A DNA stretch of 64,000 nucleotides. It comes from the human T2T-CHM13v2.0 reference genome, Homo sapiens. The DNA lies in assembly GCF_009914755.1 (NCBI RefSeq), contig NC_060937.1. The stretch is one strand, 5' to 3'. Position numbers and translations under genes: made by a program. This document shows positions 52,101 to 64,000 of the stretch, piece after piece (position 1 is the stretch's first letter; each line of letters opens with the position of its first letter). A model generated the notes under the pieces. The model saw only the letters and a list, made by a program, of their open reading frames with translations, had not been told where the DNA came from and did not search any database.

Positions 52101-55100
52101 AAGAAAGGTTCCACTCTGTTAGCTGAGTACACACATCACAAACTTGTTTCTCAGAATCCTTCTGTCTCGTTTTTCTGGGAAGATATTTACTTTTTCACCG
52201 TAGGCATCAAAGCGCTCCAAATGTCCACATCCAGATACTCCAGAAAGAGTGTTTCAAACCTGCTCTATGAAAGGGAATCTTCAACTCTATGAGTTGAATG
52301 CAGACATCAGAAAGAAATTTCTGAGAATGCTGCTGTCTACCTTTTATTTGAATTCCCGCTTCCAACGAAATCCTCCAAGCTATCCAAATATCCACTTGCA
52401 GATTCCACAAAAAGAGTGTTTCAAAACTGCTCTCTATCAATGGCAAAGTTCAACTCTGTTAGTTGAGGACACATATCACCAACAAGTTTCTGAGAATGCT
52501 TCTGTCTATTTTTTATGGGAAGATATTTCCTTTTTCACCGTAGGCGTCAAGGCGATCGAAATGTCCACTTCCACAAACTACAAAAAGAGTGTTTCAAACC
52601 TGCTCTATGAAAGGCCATGTTCATCTCTATGAGTCGAATGGAAATATCCGAAAGAAATTTCTGGGAATGCTGCTGTCTAGTTTTTATACGAATTCCCGCT
52701 TCCAACGAAATCCTCAAAGCAATCCAAATATCCACTTGCAGAATCCACAAAAAGAGTGTTTCAAAACTGCTCTATCAATAGAAAGGTTCAACTCTTTTAG
52801 TTGAGTACACACATCACAAACAAGTTTCTGAGAATGCTTCTGTCTGGCTTTTATTGGAAGACGTTTCCTTTTCACCAAAGGCATCAAAGCGCTCCAAATG
52901 TCCACTTCCAGATTCTTCCAAAAGAGTGTTTGAAACGTGCTCAAAGTAAGGGAATGTTCAACTCTGTGACTTGAATGCAGATATCACCAAGTAGTTTCTA
53001 ATAGTGCTTCTGTCTAGATTTTAGATGATGATATTCCCGTTTCCAACGAAATCGTTAGAGCTATCCAAATATCCACTTACAGTTTCTACAAAAAGAGTGT
53101 TTCCAAACTGCTGCATCAAAAGAAAGGTTCAACTCTGTTAGTTGAGGACACACATCACAAAGAAGTTTGTGAGAATGCTTCTGTCTAGATTTTGTATGAC
53201 CATATTCCCTTTTCCAGCGATATCATTAAAGCAATCTAAATATCCATTTGCAGAATCCACAAAAATAGAGTTTCAAAGCTGCTCTGTAAAAAGAAAGGTT
53301 CCACTCTGTTAGCTGAGTACACACATCACAAACTTGTTTCTCAGAATCCTTCTGTCTCGTTTTTATGGGAAGATATTTACTTTTTCACCGTAGGCATCAA
53401 AGCGCTCCAAATGTCCACATCCAGATACTCCAGAAAGAGTGTTTCAAACCTGCTCTATGAAAGGGAATCTTCAACTCTATGAGTTGAATGCAGACATCAG
53501 AAAGAAATTTCTGAGAATGCTGCTGTCTACCTTTTATTTGAATTCCCGCTTCCAACGAAATCCTCCAAGCTATCCAAATATCCACCTGCATTTTCCACAA
53601 AAAGAGCGTTTCAAAACTGCTCTATCAATAGAAATGTTCAACTCCTTTGGCTGGGTACACACATCACAAACAAGTTTCTGAGAATGCTTCTGTCTAGTTT
53701 TTATGGGAAGACATTCCCTTTTTCACCAAAGGCATCAAAGCGCTCCAAATGTCCACTTCCAGACACTACAAAAAGAGTGTTTCCAACGTGCTCTAAGAAA
53801 GCGAATGTTCAACTCTGTGACTTGAATGCAGATATCACAAAGTAGTTTCTGAGAGGGCTTCTGTCTAGATTTTAGATGATGATATTCCCGTTTCCAACGA
53901 AATCATTAGAGCTATCCAAATATCCACTTACAGTTTCTACAAAAAGAGTGTTTCCAAACTGCTGCATCAAAAGAGAGGTTCCACTCTGTTAGCTGAGTAC
54001 ACACATCACAAACTTGTTTCTCAGAATCCTTCTGTCTCGTTTTTCTGGGAAGATATTTACTTTTTCACCGTAGGCATCAAAGCGCTCCAAATGTCCACAT
54101 CCAGATACTCCAGAAAGAGTGTTTCAAACCTGCTCTATGAAAGGGAATCTTCAACTCTATGAGTTGAATGCAGACATCAGAAAGAAATTTCTGAGAATGC
54201 TGCTGTCTACCTTTTATTTGAATTCCCGCTTCCAACGAAATCCTCCAAGCTATCCAAATATCCACTTGCAGATTCCACAAAAAGAGTGTTTCAAAACTGC
54301 TCTCTATCAATGGCAAAGTTCAACTCTGTTAGTTGAGGACACATATCACCAACAAGTTTCTGAGAATGCTTCTGTCTATTTTTTATGGGAAGATATTTCC
54401 TTTTTCACCGTAGGCGTCAAGGCGATCGAAATGTCCACTTCCACAAACTACAAAAAGAGTGTTTCAAACCTGCTCTATGAAAGGCCATGTTCATCTCTAT
54501 GAGTCGAATGGAAATATCCGAAAGAAATTTCTGGGAATGCTGCTGTCTAGTTTTTATACGAATTCCCGCTTCCAACGAAATCCTCAAAGCAATCCAAATA
54601 TCCACTTGCAGAATCCACAAAAAGAGTGTTTCAAAACTGCTCTATCAATAGAAAGGTTCAACTCTTTTAGTTGAGTACACACATCACAAACAAGTTTCTG
54701 AGAATGCTTCTGTCTGGCTTTTATTGGAAGACGTTTCCTTTTCACCAAAGGCATCAAAGCGCTCCAAATGTCCACTTCCAGATTCTTCCAAAAGAGTGTT
54801 TGAAACGTGCTCAAAGTAAGGGAATGTTCAACTCTGTGACTTGAATGCAGATATCACCAAGTAGTTTCTAATAGTGCTTCTGTCTAGATTTTAGATGATG
54901 ATATTCCCGTTTCCAACGAAATCGTTAGAGCTATCCAAATATCCACTTACAGTTTCTACAAAAAGAGTGTTTCCAAACTGCTGCATCAAAAGAAAGGTTC
55001 AACTCTGTTAGTTGAGGACACACATCACAAAGAAGTTTGTGAGAATGCTTCTGTCTAGATTTTGTATGACCATATTCCCTTTTCCAGCGATATCATTAAA

Positions 55101-55988
55101 GCAATCTAAATATCCATTTGCAGAATCCACAAAAATAGAGTTTCAAAGCTGCTCTGTAAAAAGAAAGGTTCCACTCTGTTAGCTGAGTACACACATCACA
55201 AACTTGTTTCTCAGAATCCTTCTGTCTCGTTTTTATGGGAAGATATTTACTTTTTCACCGTAGGCATCAAAGCGCTCCAAATGTCCACATCCAGATACTC
55301 CAGAAAGAGTGTTTCAAACCTGCTCTATGAAAGGGAATCTTCAACTCTATGAGTTGAATGCAGACATCAGAAAGAAATTTCTGAGAATGCTGCTGTCTAC
55401 CTTTTATTTGAATTCCCGCTTCCAACGAAATCCTCCAAGCTATCCAAATATCCACCTGCATTTTCCACAAAAAGAGCGTTTCAAAACTGCTCTATCAATA
55501 GAAATGTTCAACTCCTTTGGCTGGGTACACACATCACAAACAAGTTTCTGAGAATGCTTCTGTCTAGTTTTTATGGGAAGACATTCCCTTTTTCACCAAA
55601 GGCATCAAAGCGCTCCAAATGTCCACTTCCAGACACTACAAAAAGAGTGTTTCCAACGTGCTCTAAGAAAGCGAATGTTCAACTCTGTGACTTGAATGCA
55701 GATATCACAAAGTAGTTTCTGAGAGGGCTTCTGTCTAGATTTTAGATGATGATATTCCCGTTTCCAACGAAATCATTAGAGCTATCCAAATATCCACTTA
55801 CAGTTTCTACAAAAAGAGTGTTTCCAAACTGCTGCATCAAAAGAGAGGTTCCACTCTGTTAGCTGAGTACACACATCACAAACTTGTTTCTCAGAATCCT
55901 TCTGTCTCGTTTTTCTGGGAAGATATTTACTTTTTCACCGTAGGCATCAAAGCGCTCCAAATGTCCACATCCAGATACTCCAGAAAGA

Positions 55989-58900
55989 GTGTTTCAAACC
56001 TGCTCTATGAAAGGGAATCTTCAACTCTATGAGTTGAATGCAGACATCAGAAAGAAATTTCTGAGAATGCTGCTGTCTACCTTTTATTTGAATTCCCGCT
56101 TCCAACGAAATCCTCCAAGCTATCCAAATATCCACTTGCAGATTCCACAAAAAGAGTGTTTCAAAACTGCTCTCTATCAATGGCAAAGTTCAACTCTGTT
56201 AGTTGAGGACACATATCACCAACAAGTTTCTGAGAATGCTTCTGTCTATTTTTTATGGGAAGATATTTCCTTTTTCACCGTAGGCGTCAAGGCGATCGAA
56301 ATGTCCACTTCCACAAACTACAAAAAGAGTGTTTCAAACCTGCTCTATGAAAGGCCATGTTCATCTCTATGAGTCGAATGGAAATATCCGAAAGAAATTT
56401 CTGGGAATGCTGCTGTCTAGTTTTTATACGAATTCCCGCTTCCAACGAAATCCTCAAAGCAATCCAAATATCCACTTGCAGAATCCACAAAAAGAGTGTT
56501 TCAAAACTGCTCTATCAATAGAAAGGTTCAACTCTTTTAGTTGAGTACACACATCACAAACAAGTTTCTGAGAATGCTTCTGTCTGGCTTTTATTGGAAG
56601 ACGTTTCCTTTTCACCAAAGGCATCAAAGCGCTCCAAATGTCCACTTCCAGATTCTTCCAAAAGAGTGTTTGAAACGTGCTCAAAGTAAGGGAATGTTCA
56701 ACTCTGTGACTTGAATGCAGATATCACCAAGTAGTTTCTAATAGTGCTTCTGTCTAGATTTTAGATGATGATATTCCCGTTTCCAACGAAATCGTTAGAG
56801 CTATCCAAATATCCACTTACAGTTGCTACAAAAACAGTGTTTCCAAACTGCTGCATCAAAAGAAAGGTTCAACTCTGTTAGTTGAGGACACACGTCACAA
56901 AGAAGTTTGTGAGAATGCTTCTGTCTAGATTTTGTATGACGATATTCCCTTTTCCAACGATATCATTAAAGCAATCTAAATATCCATTTGCAGAATCCAC
57001 AAAAATAGAGTTTCAAAGCTGCTCTGTAAAAAGAAAGGTTCCACTCTGTTAGCTGAGTACACACATCACAAACTTGTTTCTCAGAATCCTTCTGTCTCGT
57101 TTTTCTGGGAAGATATTTACTTTTTCACCGTAGGCATCAAAGCGCTCCAAATGTCCACATCCAGATACTCCAGAAAGAGTGTTTCAAACCTGCTCTATGA
57201 AAGGGAATCTTCAACTCTATGAGTTGAATGCAGACATCAGAAAGAAATTTCTGAGAATGCTGCTGTCTACCTTTTATTTGAATTCCCGCTTCCAACGAAA
57301 TCCTCCAAGCTATCCAAATATCCACTTGCAGATTCCACAAAAAGAGTGTTTCAAAACTGCTCTCTATCAATGGCAAAGTTCAACTCTGTTAGTTGAGGAC
57401 ACATATCACCAACAAGTTTCTGAGAATGCTTCTGTCTATTTTTTATGGGAAGATATTTCCTTTTTCACCGTAGGCGTCAAGGCGATCGAAATGTCCACTT
57501 CCACAAACTACAAAAAGAGTGTTTCAAACCTGCTCTATGAAAGGCCATGTTCATCTCTATGAGTCGAATGGAAATATCCGAAAGAAATTTCTGGGAATGC
57601 TGCTGTCTAGTTTTTATACGAATTCCCGCTTCCAACGAAATCCTCAAAGCAATCCAAATATCCACTTGCAGAATCCACAAAAAGAGTGTTTCAAAACTGC
57701 TCTATCAATAGAAAGGTTCAACTCTTTTAGTTGAGTACACACATCACAAACAAGTTTCTGAGAATGCTTCTGTCTGGCTTTTATTGGAAGACGTTTCCTT
57801 TTCACCAAAGGCATCAAAGCGCTCCAAATGTCCACTTCCAGATTCTTCCAAAAGAGTGTTTGAAACGTGCTCAAAGTAAGGGAATGTTCAACTCTGTGAC
57901 TTGAATGCAGATATCACCAAGTAGTTTCTAATAGTGCTTCTGTCTAGATTTTAGATGATGATATTCCCGTTTCCAACGAAATCGTTAGAGCTATCCAAAT
58001 ATCCACTTACAGTTGCTACAAAAACAGTGTTTCCAAACTGCTGCATCAAAAGAAAGGTTCAACTCTGTTAGTTGAGGACACACGTCACAAAGAAGTTTGT
58101 GAGAATGCTTCTGTCTAGATTTTGTATGACGATATTCCCTTTTCCAACGATATCATTAAAGCAATCTAAATATCCATTTGCAGAATCCACAAAAATAGAG
58201 TTTCAAAGCTGCTCTGTAAAAAGAAAGGTTCCACTCTGTTAGCTGAGTACACACATCACAAACTTGTTTCTCAGAATCCTTCTGTCTCGTTTTTCTGGGA
58301 AGATATTTACTTTTTCACCGTAGGCATCAAAGCGCTCCAAATGTCCACATCCAGATACTCCAGAAAGAGTGTTTCAAACCTGCTCTATGAAAGGGAATCT
58401 TCAACTCTATGAGTTGAATGCAGACATCAGAAAGAAATTTCTGAGAATGCTGCTGTCTACCTTTTATTTGAATTCCCGCTTCCAACGAAATCCTCCAAGC
58501 TATCCAAATATCCACTTGCAGATTCCACAAAAAGAGTGTTTCAAAACTGCTCTCTATCAATGGCAAAGTTCAACTCTGTTAGTTGAGGACACATATCACC
58601 AACAAGTTTCTGAGAATGCTTCTGTCTATTTTTTATGGGAAGATATTTCCTTTTTCACCGTAGGCGTCAAGGCGATCGAAATGTCCACTTCCACAAACTA
58701 CAAAAAGAGTGTTTCAAACCTGCTCTATGAAAGGCCATGTTCATCTCTATGAGTCGAATGGAAATATCCGAAAGAAATTTCTGGGAATGCTGCTGTCTAG
58801 TTTTTATACGAATTCCCGCTTCCAACGAAATCCTCAAAGCAATCCAAATATCCACTTGCAGAATCCACAAAAAGAGTGTTTCAAAACTGCTCTATCAATA

Positions 58901-61900
58901 GAAAGGTTCAACTCTTTTAGTTGAGTACACACATCACAAACAAGTTTCTGAGAATGCTTCTGTCTGGCTTTTATTGGAAGACGTTTCCTTTTCACCAAAG
59001 GCATCAAAGCGCTCCAAATGTCCACTTCCAGATTCTTCCAAAAGAGTGTTTGAAACGTGCTCAAAGTAAGGGAATGTTCAACTCTGTGACTTGAATGCAG
59101 ATATCACCAAGTAGTTTCTAATAGTGCTTCTGTCTAGATTTTAGATGATGATATTCCCGTTTCCAACGAAATCGTTAGAGCTATCCAAATATCCACTTAC
59201 AGTTGCTACAAAAACAGTGTTTCCAAACTGCTGCATCAAAAGAAAGGTTCAACTCTGTTAGTTGAGGACACACGTCACAAAGAAGTTTGTGAGAATGCTT
59301 CTGTCTAGATTTTGTATGACGATATTCCCTTTTCCAACGATATCGTTAAAGCAATCTAAATATCCATTTGCAGAATCCACAAAAATAGAGTTTCAAAGCT
59401 GCTCTGTAAAAAGAAAGGTTCCACTCTGTTAGCTGAGTACACACATCACAAACTTGTTTCTCAGAATCCTTCTGTCTCGTTTTTCTGGGAAGATATTTAC
59501 TTTTTCACCGTAGGCATCAAAGCGCTCCAAATGTCCACATCCAGATACTCCAGAAAGAGTGTTTCAAACCTGCTCTATGAAAGGGAATCTTCAACTCTAT
59601 GAGTTGAATGCAGACATCAGAAAGAAATTTCTGAGAATGCTGCTGTCTACCTTTTATTTGAATTCCCGCTTCCAACGAAATCCTCCAAGCTATCCAAATA
59701 TCCACTTGCAGATTCCACAAAAAGAGTGTTTCAAAACTGCTCTCTATCAATGGCAAAGTTCAACTCTGTTAGTTGAGGACACATATCACCAACAAGTTTC
59801 TGAGAATGCTTCTGTCTATTTTTTATGGGAAGATATTTCCTTTTTCACCGTAGGCGTCAAGGCGATCGAAATGTCCACTTCCACAAACTACAAAAAGAGT
59901 GTTTCAAACCTGCTCTATGAAAGGCCATGTTCATCTCTATGAGTCGAATGGAAATATCCGAAAGAAATTTCTGGGAATGCTGCTGTCTAGTTTTTATACG
60001 AATTCCCGCTTCCAACGAAATCCTCAAAGCAATCCAAATATCCACTTGCAGAATCCACAAAAAGAGTGTTTCAAAACTGCTCTATCAATAGAAAGGTTCA
60101 ACTCTTTTAGTTGAGTACACACATCACAAACAAGTTTCTGAGAATGCTTCTGTCTGGCTTTTATTGGAAGACGTTTCCTTTTCACCAAAGGCATCAAAGC
60201 GCTCCAAATGTCCACTTCCAGATTCTTCCAAAAGAGTGTTTGAAACGTGCTCAAAGTAAGGGAATGTTCAACTCTGTGACTTGAATGCAGATATCACCAA
60301 GTAGTTTCTAATAGTGCTTCTGTCTAGATTTTAGATGATGATATTCCCGTTTCCAACGAAATCGTTAGAGCTATCCAAATATCCACTTACAGTTGCTACA
60401 AAAACAGTGTTTCCAAACTGCTGCATCAAAAGAAAGGTTCAACTCTGTTAGTTGAGGACACACGTCACAAAGAAGTTTGTGAGAATGCTTCTGTCTAGAT
60501 TTTGTATGACGATATTCCCTTTTCCAACGATATCGTTAAAGCAATCTAAATATCCATTTGCAGAATCCACAAAAATAGAGTTTCAAAGCTGCTCTGTAAA
60601 AAGAAAGGTTCCACTCTGTTAGCTGAGTACACACATCACAAACTTGTTTCTCAGAATCCTTCTGTCTCGTTTTTATGGGAAGATATTTACTTTTTCACCG
60701 TAGGCATCAAAGCGCTCCAAATGTCCACATCCAGATACTCCAGAAAGAGTGTTTCAAACCTGCTCTATGAAAGGGAATCTTCAACTCTATGAGTTGAATG
60801 CAGACATCAGAAAGAAATTTCTGAGAATGCTGCTGTCTACCTTTTATTTGAATTCCCGCTTCCAACGAAATCCTCCAAGCTATCCAAATATCCACTTGCA
60901 GATTCCACAAAAAGAGTGTTTCAAAACTGCTCTCTATCAATGGCAAAGTTCAACTCTGTTAGTTGAGGACACATATCACCAACAAGTTTCTGAGAATGCT
61001 TCTGTCTATTTTTTATGGGAAGATATTTCCTTTTTCACCGTAGGCGTCAAGGCGATCGAAATGTCCACTTCCACAAACTACAAAAAGAGTGTTTCAAACC
61101 TGCTCTATGAAAGGCCATGTTCATCTCTATGAGTCGAATGGAAATATCCGAAAGAAATTTCTGGGAATGCTGCTGTCTAGTTTTTATACGAATTCCCGCT
61201 TCCAACGAAATCCTCAAAGCAATCCAAATATCCACTTGCAGAATCCACAAAAAGAGTGTTTCAAAACTGCTCTATCAATAGAAAGGTTCAACTCTTTTAG
61301 TTGAGTACACACATCACAAACAAGTTTCTGAGAATGCTTCTGTCTGGCTTTTATTGGAAGACGTTTCCTTTTCACCAAAGGCATCAAAGCGCTCCAAATG
61401 TCCACTTCCAGATTCTTCCAAAAGAGTGTTTGAAACGTGCTCAAAGTAAGGGAATGTTCAACTCTGTGACTTGAATGCAGATATCACCAAGTAGTTTCTA
61501 ATAGTGCTTCTGTCTAGATTTTAGATGATGATATTCCCGTTTCCAACGAAATCGTTAGAGCTATCCAAATATCCACTTACAGTTGCTACAAAAACAGTGT
61601 TTCCAAACTGCTGCATCAAAAGAAAGGTTCAACTCTGTTAGTTGAGGACACACGTCACAAAGAAGTTTGTGAGAATGCTTCTGTCTAGATTTTGTATGAC
61701 GATATTCCCTTTTCCAACGATATCATTAAAGCAATCTAAATATCCATTTGCAGAATCCACAAAAATAGAGTTTCAAAGCTGCTCTGTAAAAAGAAAGGTT
61801 CCACTCTGTTAGCTGAGTACACACATCACAAACTTGTTTCTCAGAATCCTTCTGTCTCGTTTTTATGGGAAGATATTTACTTTTTCACCGTAGGCATCAA

Positions 61901-63128
61901 AGCGCTCCAAATGTCCACATCCAGATACTCCAGAAAGAGTGTTTCAAACCTGCTCTATGAAAGGGAATCTTCAACTCTATGAGTTGAATGCAGACATCAG
62001 AAAGAAATTTCTGAGAATGCTGCTGTCTACCTTTTATTTGAATTCCCGCTTCCAACGAAATCCTCCAAGCTATCCAAATATCCACTTGCAGATTCCACAA
62101 AAAGAGTGTTTCAAAACTGCTCTCTATCAATGGCAAAGTTCAACTCTGTTAGTTGAGGACACATATCACCAACAAGTTTCTGAGAATGCTTCTGTCTATT
62201 TTTTATGGGAAGATATTTCCTTTTTCACCGTAGGCGTCAAGGCGATCGAAATGTCCACTTCCACAAACTACAAAAAGAGTGTTTCAAACCTGCTCTATGA
62301 AAGGCCATGTTCATCTCTATGAGTCGAATGGAAATATCCGAAAGAAATTTCTGGGAATGCTGCTGTCTAGTTTTTATACGAATTCCCGCTTCCAACGAAA
62401 TCCTCAAAGCAATCCAAATATCCACTTGCAGAATCCACAAAAAGAGTGTTTCAAAACTGCTCTATCAATAGAAAGGTTCAACTCTTTTAGTTGAGTACAC
62501 ACATCACAAACAAGTTTCTGAGAATGCTTCTGTCTGGCTTTTATTGGAAGACGTTTCCTTTTCACCAAAGGCATCAAAGCGCTCCAAATGTCCACTTCCA
62601 GATTCTTCCAAAAGAGTGTTTGAAACGTGCTCAAAGTAAGGGAATGTTCAACTCTGTGACTTGAATGCAGATATCACCAAGTAGTTTCTAATAGTGCTTC
62701 TGTCTAGATTTTAGATGATGATATTCCCGTTTCCAACGAAATCGTTAGAGCTATCCAAATATCCACTTACAGTTGCTACAAAAACAGTGTTTCCAAACTG
62801 CTGCATCAAAAGAAAGGTTCAACTCTGTTAGTTGAGGACACACGTCACAAAGAAGTTTGTGAGAATGCTTCTGTCTAGATTTTGTATGACGATATTCCCT
62901 TTTCCAACGATATCGTTAAAGCAATCTAAATATCCATTTGCAGAACCCACAAAAATAGAGTTTCAAAGCTGCTCTGTAAAAAGAAAGGTTCCACTCTGTT
63001 AGCTGAGTACACACATCACAAACTTGTTTCTCAGAATCCTTCTGTCTCGTTTTTCTGGGAAGATATTTACTTTTTCACCGTAGGCATCAAAGCGCTCCAA
63101 ATGTCCACATCCAGATACTCCAGAAAGA
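55989..63128 (-). repeat. Run of 6 tandem 7-mer HORs
   Basis: Unit starts 55989, 57179, 58369, 59559, 60749, 61939. Confidence 0.93.
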
Positions 63129-64000
63129 GTGTTTCAAACCTGCTCTATGAAAGGGAATCTTCAACTCTATGAGTTGAATGCAGACATCAGAAAGAAATTT
63201 CTGAGAATGCTGCTGTCTACCTTTTATTTGAATTCCCGCTTCCAACGAAATCCTCCAAGCTATCCAAATATCCACTTGCAGATTCCACAAAAAGAGTGTT
63301 TCAAAACTGCTCTCTATCAATGGCAAAGTTCAACTCTGTTAGTTGAGGACACATATCACCAACAAGTTTCTGAGAATGCTTCTGTCTATTTTTTATGGGA
63401 AGATATTTCCTTTTTCACCGTAGGCGTCAAGGCGATCGAAATGTCCACTTCCACAAACTACAAAAAGAGTGTTTCAAACCTGCTCTATGAAAGGCCATGT
63501 TCATCTCTATGAGTCGAATGGAAATATCCGAAAGAAATTTCTGGGAATGCTGCTGTCTAGTTTTTATACGAATTCCCGCTTCCAACGAAATCCTCAAAGC
63601 AATCCAAATATCCACTTGCAGAATCCACAAAAAGAGTGTTTCAAAACTGCTCTATCAATAGAAAGGTTCAACTCTTTTAGTTGAGTACACACATCACAAA
63701 CAAGTTTCTGAGAATGCTTCTGTCTGGCTTTTATTGTAAGACGTTTCCTTTTCACCAAAGGCATCAAAGCGCTCCAAATGTCCACTTCCAGATTCTTCCA
63801 AAAGAGTGTTTGAAACGTGCTCAAAGTAAGGGAATGTTCAACTCTGTGACTTGAATGCAGATATCACCAAGTAGTTTCTAATAGTGCTTCTGTCTAGATT
63901 TTAGATGATGATATTCCCGTTTCCAACGAAATCGTTAGAGCTATCCAAATATCCACTTACAGTTTCTACAAAAAGAGTGTTTCCAAACTGCTGCATCAAA

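Larger units (their letters stand above)
1..64000 (-). repeat. Alpha satellite HOR array, chr13/21 family (D13Z1/D21Z1; SF2), mixed 11-mer and 7-mer units
   Basis: Uninterrupted ~170 bp monomers with alternating CENP-B-box and pJalpha-box types. Near-identical units of 1870, 1868 and 1190 bp, from ORF-track periodicity. EcoRI sites at 340, 680, 1530 and 2210 give 340/850/680 bp fragments, and there are 5 CENP-B boxes per 11-mer. The minus strand GAATTCAAATAAAAGGTAGACAGCAGCATTCTCAG matches my recollection of alphaRI-680/alpha21-I. Alpha satellite is certain; the family assignment is by recognition, not by search. Confidence 0.95.

Noticed and set aside
15705-63128. 7-mer run lengths rising 4, 5, 6 as a directional gradient or code
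   Set aside because: Only three long runs, interrupted by runs of 1-2; too few to claim a trend.
1-64000. CRISPR-like repeat/spacer array (regular 17-bp boxes with intervening sequence)
   Set aside because: The intervening sequences are themselves repeated satellite monomers, not unique spacers; there are no cas genes or leader.
1-64000. Assignment to D8Z2 (also SF2, with 11-mer and 7-mer variants)
   Set aside because: The monomer sequence and the EcoRI 340/850/680 pattern fit my recollection of the chr13/21 alphaRI-680 family. An HMM or BLAST classification would settle it.
1-64000. Synthetic alphoid (HAC/tetO) construct
   Set aside because: No tetO/lacO or vector sequence seen; the nested natural-looking variation and mixed HOR lengths argue for a native array.
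1-64000. Transposon insertion, inversion or non-satellite island
   Set aside because: Unit lengths (14x1870 + 5x1868 + 23x1190) account exactly for 239-63128, leaving no room for inserts; ORF strand patterns never flip.

Overview
The whole 64 kb is human-type centromeric alpha satellite (~170 bp monomers) in a highly homogeneous higher-order repeat (HOR) array, in one orientation. CENP-B boxes read on the minus strand. I recognise the sequence as the suprachromosomal family 2 chr13/chr21 11-mer (D13Z1/D21Z1, alphaRI-680 family); the window alone does not decide between 13 and 21. Using the recurring 127-aa pseudo-ORF start as register (239 to 63129) there are 42 complete units: 14 x 1870 bp 11-mers (a), 5 x 1868 bp variant 11-mers (b) and 23 x 1190 bp 7-mers (7). 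The lengths sum exactly to 62890 bp. Order: a b a 7 a b 7 a a 7 7 7 7 a b 7 a a 7 7 7 7 7 a 7 7 b a b a 7 7 a 7 a a 7 7 7 7 7 7, then a partial unit. I see no genes, RNA genes, transposon insertions or inversions; all listed ORFs are satellite artefacts, and I found no novel protein-coding system. The interesting signal is array architecture: super-HOR duplications at 13,428 bp and 40,962 bp offsets marked by shared rare SNVs, complete linkage between a SNP and HOR length, a 7-mer-specific 12-bp palindrome with CpG gain, a ~290 bp internal repeat that explains the 7-mer, and signs of conversion or crossover. SNVs were read by eye, so counts may be incomplete.
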